DNA from: an uncultured virus (IMG/VR IMGVR_UViG_3300025122_005875)
Taxonomy: Duplodnaviria > Heunggongvirae > Uroviricota > Caudoviricetes
Direction: 5' to 3' (one strand)
IMG/VR virus record: IMGVR_UViG_3300025122_005875
Length of the DNA stretch: 64,000 nucleotides
Below, piece by piece: positions 37,112 to 47,585 of the stretch. The notes under the pieces are model-generated. The model saw only the letters and a program-made list of their open reading frames with translations, had not been told where the DNA came from and did no database searches. The stretch's first letter is position 1, and each line of letters begins with the position of its first letter. The position numbers and the translations under genes are program-made.

Positions 37112-37125
37112 TGAACTTATAATCC

Positions 37126-37521
37126 TTATATAACGCTGGTTGCGCTCCCAATACTAAAAGTTTCCGAAGTTCCAACACTCGGAATACTATATGTCACAGA
37201 CACTGTTAAAAGGTTCTCATTATTGCCAATCCCCAATGCTTGGTTAAAGCCCACCTCTTGAATATTTACAAAAGGAAGATATGTGGCTACCTGGGATTCA
37301 ATTCGTGAACTAATTCGAGATTGAGTGTGGCGGCTATTTAACTCAAATAAATAGTTTCTCAGGCCCACTCCAAAATTAATATCCATTACTCGTTCGCCTG
37401 GAGATGTAAGCATCAAATTAATAAAATTCTGCTTCGCTACCTCAGCTAGTGTCTCTGTTACTGCGTATGCGCCCAGGTAATTATCTTTCTGTAAGGGGTA
37501 TACTGGTGAAAAACCTATCAT
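37126..37521 (-). CDS. Baseplate wedge subunit gp25/GPW-like (sheath initiator)
   Basis: QNFINLMLTSPGERVMDINFGVGLRNYLFE is the classic gp25 motif. Confidence 0.92.
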   Translation of the reverse strand: MIGFSPVYPLQKDNYLGAYAVTETLAEVAKQNFINLMLTSPGERVMDINFGVGLRNYLFELNSRHTQSRISSRIESQVATYLPFVNIQEVGFNQALGIGNNENLLTVSVTYSIPSVGTSETFSIGSATSVI

Positions 37522-37542
37522 CTGTCTGTTCCTTGTTAATTA

Positions 37543-37550
37543 TAATTAGT
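37543..37550 (-). promoter_or_regulatory. Candidate late promoter motif ACTAATTA
   Basis: Sits in a 42-nt AT-rich intergenic gap, about 22 nt upstream of the gp25 ATG and followed by SD AAGGA. Confidence 0.5.
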
Positions 37551-37563
37551 CAATAAAAATATC

Positions 37564-40500
37564 TTATTCGCAATCATTATCATCTGCAGTCTGAACTTGG
37601 TCCAATGGGAAGTCCATTAGCTGAAGAATGAGGTATAATATACCAAAAGGAGTTATAGGCGGAACGAAAAACGTAAAAGGAATTGATCCTTCTAAATTAA
37701 TCCCGTCTTTAAGACTCACAGATGGTTTCATACTCTCAGGGAAGTCGTCGCCTTCCGGGTAGCTCGTGTCAATAAAATTTTGTATTTGAGCAATAATATC
37801 GCTCATTTCGGGAATATTATCAAGAGCGTTGCTGGCCATAGTATTTAAGCCCTCGATCTCCTCCGGCATCGGAGGAAGAGCGACTTCTTCATCACACAAG
37901 TTGAGAGCACCCGGGGCATTAGCTAATAAATTAGCCAAGTCAGCAGTACTTCCGGCGGCACTTAAAAGTTGTTCAATATTTTCGAATCCAGAGCGCGTTA
38001 TATCGCGAATGAGTTTGGCGATAATCACATGCGGCTCGGTTAATTCTACTATACCCTTAAGAATATGTTTGGGAGTTTCGATCAACATCTTCTTAATAAA
38101 GGACTGCCCCATCGATGCAAAGGGGCTCGCGGCGGCGAGCATTCCATTCATCGCCGTATTCTGGAGCGCCGTGACATTACAGCGGCTGTCTGCTTCATAA
38201 TCGTCGCCAGCAAAGGCTGCCTGCAATGCTAAAAGTATAACTTGCTTGGTGTCATTGAAAATATCAACATCTCGGAAAAGCTGATAATAAGTTTTTATCT
38301 CTCCCGTAAGATAGAGATATTGTAGAATTCTCTTTAAATCAATAGTCTGGCCGTCGCCGAAGAGGCCTCGTGAGGTGGCTTGATTCGCGAGATTGGGAAT
38401 AGTGAGGGGGAGTACACTGTTTTCGTAAAAATGGTCTACGTAGCGAGCAAATCCAGACTCGGTACCGTTATTCTGTATAAATTGTATGAGTTCTGGGCCT
38501 ATCAACTCATTTGTTACGTCCACACGGGCTTCAAATGAGGTGGCAAAATTTGCACAGCTATGGGTGGTGGCATCGGTCTTGAAGGTATAATAAGAACCAT
38601 ATTTCTCTACAGCATCTTCATTATTCGTTAAAACCTGGCCAGAAATAATCTCGCCCTCAGTTTGCGCGGCGAAGCCGGAATTGAACTCTGGGGTCACATA
38701 GGCTAGTCGGTTTCCGAACTGAATAGAAGGAAAGATTGAAGTGACCAAAGATTCCATCATCTGCGCCGAGCCCGCGCCAAATTCTCCTAGCGCGTCTAAT
38801 AAGTCAGACTGAGTGGGGTACATTATCATGAGTGCTTTCATTAGCTCCATGCGAGAGCGTGCTTCGTCGACGTCGGAATCATTATCTTTATAGAAATCTA
38901 AATATGATCGTCGGTCCCGCCAGCCACTTGGGGCTCGTTTGTCTTGAATAACCAGGTAAACATTGTAGCTCTCCTTTGTCGCGGATTGCCCGGGCTGCTC
39001 GGTGAACCCAGCGGTGCTGGTGTCATGGAGAAGTTGCTTCCGGAACCAAAATTTTCTGATCGCAAAGTTCTTAGACTCTATATAGATACTATGGTTTGGA
39101 ACATCGGTGCTGCTGCCGGGCGTGCCGTCAACCCCATCAATGGCAGAGCCGGCGGGCCAGCCGTCAGGGTAGCGTTTCTCAGATTCATACAATCCGACGC
39201 CTGGGGCGATAACACTTCCGTGTATATACACCTCGTTAACAGCATATCGAGATCGCAGTCGATATTTATCGCGCTCCTCGTCGGTGACCAAATATCCATC
39301 GTGGCCGACGCCTCCATGCATTATTGCGTTTTCTTGCCAGGTATGTACTTGATCTAGACGTAGGGCGTTCTCGACATAAATATTTCCCACATCTGGTTGT
39401 TCCCAGGCATCTATCGCCGTCTGGGGCATCCCCGACAGTTCGGGAAGCCACTGCATATTTGAAGGACCGACTGCACTTGGTCCATGACCTCGAGTGCTCT
39501 CGTTATATGGGGAGAAGACGCCGCTGCGACCGTACCTGGTGCCGCCGGTGCTAGTATAAAAGCCAGGCGAATCGGCGCAAGCCGCACCGGCGCATTTAAT
39601 GCGCGCGCGGCGCCAATTCTCGATTTGGGGTTGCAACTTCCACAGGGGGGGCGGCGGAATATCAGTTGTGCCATTATAAGTATCGTCGACGGTGCCAGGA
39701 GTGGGGTCAGGTGCATAACCGTTAGACGCCCAGTTGGGCATCTCGGGCTCCAGAGCCACAGCCACCTCTTTCATCCAAAATCTAATGAGCTCGTAATCCG
39801 TCAGGCCGCGACGTCCGTGGTAGGAGTCTCCGCCGGGCGCGCCAGGATAAGAAGGGCCTCGGCCGGTAAGCTGAATCTTCGATTCAATTGGTTTGCTATA
39901 TCTATCCCCGTCTTGCTCGTTGGCTGCAGAACGCGAAGGAACTATGCCTGCCAAATAAAAAGGGATTTCTAACATCCCCGAGGCCAGAGTGCCGGACGCG
40001 GTTGGAGCAATAGTTTGATATAGGGTGGCAAACATTTGAAAAAGCTTTTTAAATTGAGGAAAACTCAAAATATAAGTTTTAATATCGCCATTTTCAGCGA
40101 TAGGCTGCAGCGACGACGAGTCAAAGAAATCTTGTATATCTGGGATGATAGCAAGGGCGTCGAAGAGAGTCGAGCCGGTTGAGGTGACGGCACTGTTATA
40201 TTGAATTTGAACGAACTTCTCTTTTACCAAGGCTCCGTACTTTAAAATCGAATTAGTCTCGTCCAACTGTCTGCTAGTAGTCTCATTGGGATCGAAGTAA
40301 TTTAAATTTTTAAAAAACCGCTGTGCATGGGTGCCTTCCAGGCCGGCGCCGGCGAAGGTGTACGTTCGAGTCTCGTAGCACGGAATTGTGCCGTCATTGC
40401 AGGTTGCGGTGTTGTTGGGTTCGATGTACACGAGCTGATTCGGGTAGGATCCTGGTATCCCCGGGCGTAAGATATCAACGTCAAGGATCCCCTCATACAA

Positions 40501-43500
40501 ATAAGTCTCAATTGTATTGGCACCACGAACATTGAAGAATTCATTGATTGTTTGAGAAGAATTTTGGATGCGTTGCTCAAACAAATATTGTATAGCAACG
40601 GCCTTCAGCTCGTCATTGTCCCAGTCCATAGTCGGAGACCACATGGCGGACATAAAGTTTTGAAGAGCAACTGGGCGCCCTGAGATCGGAAATCCAAAGC
40701 TGTCGACTTGGTGAGCTTCCATTCGCTTAATGATATTGCGCACACTAATGGCGGCAGCATCTTTAACGACACGAGGCAATGACTTGGTCATAAAAGAAAC
40801 GCTATCAGTTGCTACAATACGGCGTTGCGCCTGATAGAGTAATTCTCCTATTAGGCCTGTGCCGTCTGCAATAAAGTTGCTCCCGTACTGATCGACCATA
40901 AAAATATTTTTTAGGAGGAGGTCTACGCCAAGGACCTGAAGATAAAGCTTAACCAGACCCAAAATAGCAGCGTCTCGAACTGGCCCTAAAACAAAATCTG
41001 TATCCGGGCACGCGTTGGCTATAAACTCGTTAAGGGCTTCTTGTTTTATATTGTTTGCATCTAACAGATCGGCGGAGCTAATCTCTCCCGTATTTGCGCA
41101 AAACTTAGGAAATAAATTGAGTTTTAACAGCTCAGAAGGAGTAAAGAGAGGAGAGTTAGCTAGCTTATAAGCGGCCAAGTTAATTATTGAAAAATAAATA
41201 AAAGGATAGTATTTCTTTCTGAAAAAGGTTTCCAATTTCGTAGTAGGAAATGGATGATTATTAATTTCTAGACTTTGAATCCGATCAAAAACATACCCTT
41301 CAAAACGATCTGCTTCCAGCAGCCGGTTAGTCCTTAGATTTTGCTCGGGAGTCGAATCCCACGAATGGTTGCCCATATCATAACCAGTGTGCGAGGCTTC
41401 CCCGGCGCCAATGATATTATTATAAGTGAGTAGTGTATCTGAAAAAGGGTTCATAGCGTATGGGTCGGTCGTGGCCCAGAGTTGATTATTCGGAATTCCC
41501 GTAATACTATAAACTATGGATTTACCAGTTTGGGCCAGATCATCACTAAGAATAGGAATACTTGTTAAAAAAGCATAGTATTGAGCGTATATTTCGGACC
41601 CGGGGGAATCCAGCAAGTCCTCCATGTTAAGAAATGGGGATCCAGGTACCGCGTCGCCGGATAACAGGTAACTTGTTTTAAAATTGTTTTCTATTTCTTC
41701 ATAAAAAATACGTGTTTTGGGCGCGACTACATAAGTAAGCCGTGACTGAATGGATCGTATGACTTCCTGGGGGTCCTGTATGTTTCCAATGCCAGTGAGC
41801 GTAGCCTGTGCATTGCCAAAAGTGGCAAAACTGTTTACCAAATCAGAGGGCAACAGGCCCGCGAGAAACTGGCCGGCGTCGGGGGGTGCGGCAGCGGGAT
41901 CGGTGGGTTCGGGCATAAATGTATTTAAGATAGCTAGTCGTTCCGATAATGCCGGGTTTTCTGGATTGGTTGGGTCAATTACTAAAATTCTTGACCGAAA
42001 CCCTGCGAGATCTGTAAGAAAAGTCTGTTGAGCCGGCTGCAGTACTGTATCTATAAGACTTCGAATAGAATGATTAAATGGAGCCACATCGCTATAAGGG
42101 GGCACAATTCCTCCACCGCACGACATATCCGGGGCTTCTATGAGATCATGAATGTTATCCAATAGATCCATTAGATCGTGATACGCCGGATTGTCTTCCA
42201 CATCACACGGATCTAAGTCAGGCAAATGGGGAATCAATGAATTATAAACATTTTGGCAGTAGGCCGGGTCAATCAAATCTCCCAAACACATAAAGAGCTG
42301 AATTATTGCGTCTATGTCGCTCAATGCCGCCGCGACATTTGGATAAGTCCCATCGTAAAGCAGATTCTGTAGAACTTGCTTTACATCTCCGGAAGGGTTG
42401 CCATTAAGTAAATCACACATCTCACGGGCTGTTATTTCCGGGGAAAATGCCGTCAAGAAAGCTTCCGTCTCCTCCTGATGTTGTAGAAGTCCAGAATCCT
42501 CGTAGCATGCTTTTAAAGGATCCTCGGGAGGTTTTATTCCAGGCGCTGGAAAATCTCGGATGAGTGCATCGGGAGGTGACGCGGGAGGGCCACTATCTGC
42601 CACATCCAGACACATAGCTCGAATTAAATCCGCTATCGAATCTAGGATGCCTTTAACCGCTGCGATAGCAGCGGCTTTCAGGCCTTCTAGGATCATGGCT
42701 TCAAACGATCCGTTGATGCTAAGAATCGGAAGACGCAATGAAATCTTGGGAAATTCTATTTTTATTTTGGGAGGGATGGGGGCAAACGGATCAATTCCCG
42801 GGATCATATCCGGCATTCCTCCTGCGTAGCCTGGCATATTAAACAGCAAGCACTCTAAAGCTGCTTCTACCAACGCTGCAATCCGATATTCAGTCAAAAT
42901 CTCGGCTACTTTATTTACATCATCCGCGGCATCTTGGACTGCCCCCACAAATCCATCGAGTTTTGACTGTAATGAAACTTCTGCCGAAAGGAGAGCCTTG
43001 TTTACCTCTTGTACTCCCGCTAATGCATTGGCGCGGTTCTTAACAAACTTGTTATCTCGTGCCGCGGCGGCTTTTGTAGAGCCCAAGGGGCCCATATCGC
43101 TATTACGAATCATCTTAGACGTCTCGCTCGCTACGGTCGGACTGTGAGGCTTCCCGTAAGGATTAACCTGTATGCCTGTTAAAAATGCGAATACAAATTG
43201 TGTCCAATTAATGGTGCTCCGCGTATCGGCTAAAATCGCATTAAATTTTAAAACCAGTTCGTTAACATATCGATTGGTAGCAATACTTTTCTGTTCGAAG
43301 AAAAAATTATTTCCTTGTATAAGCAGCACGGGTGCTGTCACCTGATTGTCGAGAATGATTTTCCTGGTCCGCCGGTTGGCGCCTGTTCCCGTAGAGTGAA
43401 ACTCGATGAGGACTGTCTTATAGTCCTTTAGTCGATAACCATTATGGTTTACATACTCTTCAAGGTTTTCAAAATATAATTTTAATTGATGATAGAGTTC

Positions 43501-43986
43501 TAAAAAACTGATGCGCGGGCTCACCGAGCCTTGATAAAATTTGAGTTGCTGTTGATAAACTTTAAAGGCTGTCTCAATGTGACGAAGGAATCCCGGAATC
43601 TTGCGTATCTGGATGGATATACTTTCGTTTCCAGTGGACATTGAAGTAACCGGAACCATATACATTAATCCCTTTTTGCCAATTCTATATCGAAGAATCG
43701 GATTGGCTAAGCGACGCTTTGGAAAATAGACCTCTAGATACTGGACGGGAGGGAGCGCCGCATCATCATGAGGGTACTCAGGATTTATGACGCGCGGCAA
43801 CTGGGTTAAGTGTTTACCATAAAACCCATAGAGCATCTCTTTCGCAGTTTGGTGGTCGGTGGCCGCGTGGTACGCGGCTGGTGCAAGGCCGCGCTCTAAC
43901 ACAGACGAATATAGGTTTATATATATCCAGCCATCCCCTAAATCGTAGGGCTTGTTGACGCGACGCGCGTACCAGTAGGTTGTCAT
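37564..43986 (-). CDS. Very large hypothetical protein, probably virion-associated
   Basis: 2140 aa, largely helical with scattered Cys, lying between the spike-like genes and gp25. Confidence 0.6.
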   Translation of the reverse strand: MTTYWYARRVNKPYDLGDGWIYINLYSSVLERGLAPAAYHAATDHQTAKEMLYGFYGKHLTQLPRVINPEYPHDDAALPPVQYLEVYFPKRRLANPILRYRIGKKGLMYMVPVTSMSTGNESISIQIRKIPGFLRHIETAFKVYQQQLKFYQGSVSPRISFLELYHQLKLYFENLEEYVNHNGYRLKDYKTVLIEFHSTGTGANRRTRKIILDNQVTAPVLLIQGNNFFFEQKSIATNRYVNELVLKFNAILADTRSTINWTQFVFAFLTGIQVNPYGKPHSPTVASETSKMIRNSDMGPLGSTKAAAARDNKFVKNRANALAGVQEVNKALLSAEVSLQSKLDGFVGAVQDAADDVNKVAEILTEYRIAALVEAALECLLFNMPGYAGGMPDMIPGIDPFAPIPPKIKIEFPKISLRLPILSINGSFEAMILEGLKAAAIAAVKGILDSIADLIRAMCLDVADSGPPASPPDALIRDFPAPGIKPPEDPLKACYEDSGLLQHQEETEAFLTAFSPEITAREMCDLLNGNPSGDVKQVLQNLLYDGTYPNVAAALSDIDAIIQLFMCLGDLIDPAYCQNVYNSLIPHLPDLDPCDVEDNPAYHDLMDLLDNIHDLIEAPDMSCGGGIVPPYSDVAPFNHSIRSLIDTVLQPAQQTFLTDLAGFRSRILVIDPTNPENPALSERLAILNTFMPEPTDPAAAPPDAGQFLAGLLPSDLVNSFATFGNAQATLTGIGNIQDPQEVIRSIQSRLTYVVAPKTRIFYEEIENNFKTSYLLSGDAVPGSPFLNMEDLLDSPGSEIYAQYYAFLTSIPILSDDLAQTGKSIVYSITGIPNNQLWATTDPYAMNPFSDTLLTYNNIIGAGEASHTGYDMGNHSWDSTPEQNLRTNRLLEADRFEGYVFDRIQSLEINNHPFPTTKLETFFRKKYYPFIYFSIINLAAYKLANSPLFTPSELLKLNLFPKFCANTGEISSADLLDANNIKQEALNEFIANACPDTDFVLGPVRDAAILGLVKLYLQVLGVDLLLKNIFMVDQYGSNFIADGTGLIGELLYQAQRRIVATDSVSFMTKSLPRVVKDAAAISVRNIIKRMEAHQVDSFGFPISGRPVALQNFMSAMWSPTMDWDNDELKAVAIQYLFEQRIQNSSQTINEFFNVRGANTIETYLYEGILDVDILRPGIPGSYPNQLVYIEPNNTATCNDGTIPCYETRTYTFAGAGLEGTHAQRFFKNLNYFDPNETTSRQLDETNSILKYGALVKEKFVQIQYNSAVTSTGSTLFDALAIIPDIQDFFDSSSLQPIAENGDIKTYILSFPQFKKLFQMFATLYQTIAPTASGTLASGMLEIPFYLAGIVPSRSAANEQDGDRYSKPIESKIQLTGRGPSYPGAPGGDSYHGRRGLTDYELIRFWMKEVAVALEPEMPNWASNGYAPDPTPGTVDDTYNGTTDIPPPPLWKLQPQIENWRRARIKCAGAACADSPGFYTSTGGTRYGRSGVFSPYNESTRGHGPSAVGPSNMQWLPELSGMPQTAIDAWEQPDVGNIYVENALRLDQVHTWQENAIMHGGVGHDGYLVTDEERDKYRLRSRYAVNEVYIHGSVIAPGVGLYESEKRYPDGWPAGSAIDGVDGTPGSSTDVPNHSIYIESKNFAIRKFWFRKQLLHDTSTAGFTEQPGQSATKESYNVYLVIQDKRAPSGWRDRRSYLDFYKDNDSDVDEARSRMELMKALMIMYPTQSDLLDALGEFGAGSAQMMESLVTSIFPSIQFGNRLAYVTPEFNSGFAAQTEGEIISGQVLTNNEDAVEKYGSYYTFKTDATTHSCANFATSFEARVDVTNELIGPELIQFIQNNGTESGFARYVDHFYENSVLPLTIPNLANQATSRGLFGDGQTIDLKRILQYLYLTGEIKTYYQLFRDVDIFNDTKQVILLALQAAFAGDDYEADSRCNVTALQNTAMNGMLAAASPFASMGQSFIKKMLIETPKHILKGIVELTEPHVIIAKLIRDITRSGFENIEQLLSAAGSTADLANLLANAPGALNLCDEEVALPPMPEEIEGLNTMASNALDNIPEMSDIIAQIQNFIDTSYPEGDDFPESMKPSVSLKDGINLEGSIPFTFFVPPITPFGILYLILQLMDFPLDQVQTADDNDCE

Positions 43987-43987
43987 G

Positions 43988-44974
43988 TTAGGTGGCCCTT
44001 ACTCCCTTACTGGCAATAAAGGAAGCACTTATGGGATCGAGGGCCATTTCATCTTGTTTTGAGTTAACGATACCATTAAGAATCCCTGTTTCAACATCGC
44101 CGGCTATTTGAAACTTAGCCTTAAATCCAGGAAAAAGCATAGAAAATGCCATAGCAGTTACTTGCCCGTAAAAGGGTGAATTATGGTTGTGATTAATGGC
44201 GGCATTGATAAGAGGATCCAGAGCCTTAATATAATTACTAAGACTAGATCGACTCTCTGAAATCTGCTTCTGCATGCCCTCCAGATACTCTTGCAGATTG
44301 CCGGCGAGAGCTAGTGGCTGTGTCTCTCCGTCGTTTCCCACAATAAATTCAATTCCCCTATCTTTAATAATTTTCTGGCCGGCGGAATCGCGGCCATGCA
44401 TGCCTGCTACAATTTTATATCCACCATCACGAACAACATGACGTTGGCCATCAGCAATCGTTACGACAGCTGAAGCCGCCTTAAGCTCTCCCACTTTTCC
44501 TTCGGGCAAGCCTCCCGGGGCACAATTAGCATCGGCGTCGGTCATTCCGCTTACATACACACGAGCGGCGTCGATCGGCCATGCAGGATTGAAGAGCACG
44601 GGCTTGCCGTCCTTATCCACGTCACGTTTGTACGCCTTCGACGGCTCTGCGCATATATCAATTGAGCCGGCATCTGGAAACCCCCGACCGCCGTAACCCT
44701 CGCAAATATTGCCAGGACGGTCATTGCCCGTTATAACGTATACATTACTCTGGCCTGAAAGCTCCGCTTCGCATCCAGCCAGCAGTCTCTTAGCCTTGGG
44801 GGCCAAAGTTGGGGTACATCCCACCCCACTATAGCCCGGGAAGGCCTCAATTCCGCCATGTTTTTCCCAAAGCAATGTTTGGCGCGGAGTTACCCGATCC
44901 CCTCTAAATAAAGTTTTAGCACCCACTGGACGCACATACTGAAGATATTGCTTTGAGGAACCTTCGCCACTCAT
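43988..44974 (-). CDS. Putative baseplate spike (gp5/gpV C-terminal-like) protein
   Basis: Beta-strand-rich middle, short coiled coil and an HxH motif (NHNHNSP) like the metal-binding apex of spike proteins; position is consistent. Confidence 0.4.
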   Translation of the reverse strand: MSGEGSSKQYLQYVRPVGAKTLFRGDRVTPRQTLLWEKHGGIEAFPGYSGVGCTPTLAPKAKRLLAGCEAELSGQSNVYVITGNDRPGNICEGYGGRGFPDAGSIDICAEPSKAYKRDVDKDGKPVLFNPAWPIDAARVYVSGMTDADANCAPGGLPEGKVGELKAASAVVTIADGQRHVVRDGGYKIVAGMHGRDSAGQKIIKDRGIEFIVGNDGETQPLALAGNLQEYLEGMQKQISESRSSLSNYIKALDPLINAAINHNHNSPFYGQVTAMAFSMLFPGFKAKFQIAGDVETGILNGIVNSKQDEMALDPISASFIASKGVRAT

Positions 44975-46314
44975 TAGGGTGCTACCAATGGAGGATTATT
45001 CTGCAGTGGTTCGGTGGGCTCCGAGTCCTTATATTTAGAACTATCAACAGTATAAACACGGAACGCCTCGTGGGATTCCTTACCGGGCATCCTCGTGACC
45101 TTAAATTTTTTATTCCCCTCAATTACCTGCTCATTCTCATCCCTATTTATTAGCGCGCCTGGTCCGCCGAAATCACCTGTCCACAACTCAAAATGTAAAT
45201 GTATGCCGGTGATGTCGCCGGTGTTGCCAACAAATCCTATCTGCTGGCCAGGGATGACTCTGTCACCAACTGCAACTAGATAATCGGCGGGGTGGGACTT
45301 GCTTTTCCAGGCGGCTCGGTCTTCTTTATAGTTTGTGGAGACTGAATTTTTAAGATGAAAGTAGCGCGTATAAACTCCTTTACCCTTGTAGCGACCGGCG
45401 GGGACGACCCCGTGACAAATCTCTATCCAGTGGCCGGCGGGGTCCTTCGGGCGCCCAACATGCGGATGCACATATGTTACGGTCCCATTCCAGACGCTCC
45501 TCACCGGGCTGCCAAATATGTCGCCTCGATTCGCGCCGACGATGTCCACTCCATGGTGCGGTCGGATGCCTCCGCCCGTCGGGGACTGCCTGGCCTCGCT
45601 CCACTGCGACGAAATTTTCATGCCGGCTGGATCGACCGGATAATCCCAATCAAACATCTTCATATCCGGCAGTATCAATTCTAAATTAACCAGATCCTTG
45701 TGATAAATATTGGTGAGATTTGCTGCTTCCTGTTGCTGGTCGCTGAGGGAAGAGGCGCGACGGAACTTCATTTCTTTGGGCATCGACGGCTCGAGTCGTG
45801 GAAACAAAACAGGGGTATGGTCCCAGACTTTGTCAACGGTGCCTTGCGGGATGCCGAGTTGGCCGACTTCACTCCGATTATCCGCGTGGGCATAATAAGA
45901 TACATCTACAATTTTTCCAATTGAAATATCGTTGTGCTCGGGCCCATAGAGGAACCCAGGCATCATTGTAATCATAGCAAAATCCTCGGCCGTTTCGTCG
46001 TAGGTACCGGGCCTGGTTGCAAGCCATGAAATATCTTTTTGAGTAACCATACACACCCGGGCAATATACTGACGTCCCGAACTATAATGCGCATCAGTAT
46101 GCCCATTAGCGACCGATTCATCAATTCTCCAAACGTAACCAGTACCATTAGTTGAAAGACCGGTCTGCACACCGGTTAGTATGGTTGTAATACCGCGGCG
46201 AAGCGCGCTGAACGTGCTCTCGGTTCGAGGATCGATGCCACGGGCGCCCGAGTCGTCGTCAGATTTAGGCCACAGGCTCTGCATTGTGTCCATCGGATGT
46301 TCGCCGTTGGTCAT
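44974..46314 (-). CDS. Tail-associated M23 family peptidoglycan endopeptidase
   Basis: HHGVD (HxxxD), YFHL, VGDRV..GQQIGFVGNTG and HLHFE (HxH). Confidence 0.9.
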   Translation of the reverse strand: MTNGEHPMDTMQSLWPKSDDDSGARGIDPRTESTFSALRRGITTILTGVQTGLSTNGTGYVWRIDESVANGHTDAHYSSGRQYIARVCMVTQKDISWLATRPGTYDETAEDFAMITMMPGFLYGPEHNDISIGKIVDVSYYAHADNRSEVGQLGIPQGTVDKVWDHTPVLFPRLEPSMPKEMKFRRASSLSDQQQEAANLTNIYHKDLVNLELILPDMKMFDWDYPVDPAGMKISSQWSEARQSPTGGGIRPHHGVDIVGANRGDIFGSPVRSVWNGTVTYVHPHVGRPKDPAGHWIEICHGVVPAGRYKGKGVYTRYFHLKNSVSTNYKEDRAAWKSKSHPADYLVAVGDRVIPGQQIGFVGNTGDITGIHLHFELWTGDFGGPGALINRDENEQVIEGNKKFKVTRMPGKESHEAFRVYTVDSSKYKDSEPTEPLQNNPPLVAP

Positions 46315-46316
46315 AA

Positions 46317-46619
46317 TCAGTCCTCCCCTTCTTTTAGCATGTCAAAAAGCTGTTCTTTGTCGTCGGTCGTTAGCCCAAACTGGTGATTTTTTTGCTTCTG
46401 CAAGAGACCGGCGAGCTTGACAAGCTGTTCGTTGGATCTTTGAAGATTTTCTACATATTTGGCCGCAATAGGACCAAGCTCCTTACGAGAAGCATCCGAC
46501 ATCTTCATATCCTGAATCGCATCCATAAGCAACGATTTAGCCATGGCGCGATCTTCACGGATATTCGTGGTTGTCTCTTCTATATAATCATCTACATTTA
46601 GATTTCGCCGTTTTCCCAT
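46317..46619 (-). CDS. Hypothetical helical protein
   Basis: 100-aa ORF overlapping the end of the sigma-like gene. Confidence 0.65.
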   Translation of the reverse strand: MGKRRNLNVDDYIEETTTNIREDRAMAKSLLMDAIQDMKMSDASRKELGPIAAKYVENLQRSNEQLVKLAGLLQKQKNHQFGLTTDDKEQLFDMLKEGED

Positions 46620-47293
46620 TTTTCTTTAAAAGCCCTATACCTTTTCCTTAATTTATTTAAATTATTAACGACCTGTTTGGTATTGAGGCCAGTAATCTCC
46701 CGTAAGTATAAATAAATAGCTTTTTTATTAAAAATTTCGATAGTATCGGCCGAATCAAGCAAGATACGGACAGCCATAAGAACTTTTTTTTCATTCTCTT
46801 TCAGCATAAAAGACTCCCACGTATCAATTTCTGTATATAGAGAGCCCCAAAATTCTATGTCTACTCTTTTATCTTCATAAGTCCATTCGTTCGAAATCAA
46901 GTTTTCATCAGCGTGATTAAGAAGATCCTCCATGAAGACTTCCGTACGATTTCTTTTTTGGGTACGTTTAACTTGATGAATAAACCAATTTTTAGTAACC
47001 ACTGAAAAATAAGAGAAGGCCCGGGAGCCCTTGCTTGGGTCATACTTATTAAGGATCGTGGTTAACCATATTTTGCAGTCATCTCTCAGATAATCAATAT
47101 TAGGCAACGTGGTGAACCTATAGGTATAGATAATTTTGTCCACCATCTGATCAAAAGCGGGCTGTATATATTCAATATATAATTTTGTACGTAGATCTAT
47201 ATCGGAAGTATTCGCATATTTTACGATAGCTTCCTCATGAACTTTTGTAAAATAGTAGTTCTTACGTCGCTTCTTGCGGGGCGGCTGCGGCAT
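46598..47293 (-). CDS. Phage RNA polymerase sigma-factor-like protein
   Basis: Region-2-like LNKYDPSKGSRAFSYFSVVTKNWFI and a C-terminal HTH-like ENEKKVL...LREITGLNTKQVVNNLNKLR. Confidence 0.7.
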   Translation of the reverse strand: MPQPPRKKRRKNYYFTKVHEEAIVKYANTSDIDLRTKLYIEYIQPAFDQMVDKIIYTYRFTTLPNIDYLRDDCKIWLTTILNKYDPSKGSRAFSYFSVVTKNWFIHQVKRTQKRNRTEVFMEDLLNHADENLISNEWTYEDKRVDIEFWGSLYTEIDTWESFMLKENEKKVLMAVRILLDSADTIEIFNKKAIYLYLREITGLNTKQVVNNLNKLRKRYRAFKEKWENGEI

Positions 47294-47585
47294 CCAATTC
47301 TTCCTCTAATTCTTCATCCAATGTTGCTTCAAAAATATCCCTGAAACTTTCCATCTCTCCTATAACTTCTTTGGTTTTATAAACGAGCTCTTGGATGAGG
47401 GGCTCTCCATAATAAGAATCCATGCTATATAAAGATTTCACAAAAGCACCAAACGACTTCAATAATAAAAAAAGATCCGACATATTCTCAGAAATATAGA
47501 GAAATTTGCGGAGCACTGTTGCCAAGTACCAACTCAAAAAAATATTCACTAGCAATGAAATGATTAAAGCAATATATAATATCAT
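47262..47585 (-). CDS. Small membrane-anchored hypothetical protein
   Basis: N-terminal TM helix and acidic tail. Confidence 0.6.
   Translation of the reverse strand: MILYIALIISLLVNIFLSWYLATVLRKFLYISENMSDLFLLLKSFGAFVKSLYSMDSYYGEPLIQELVYKTKEVIGEMESFRDIFEATLDEELEEELDAAAAPQEAT

Noticed and set aside
46713..46720. GCTATTTA inside the sigma-like gene as another late promoter
   Set aside because: It lies about 95 nt from the next start codon and is explained by the coding sequence (KAIY), so it is too weak to call.
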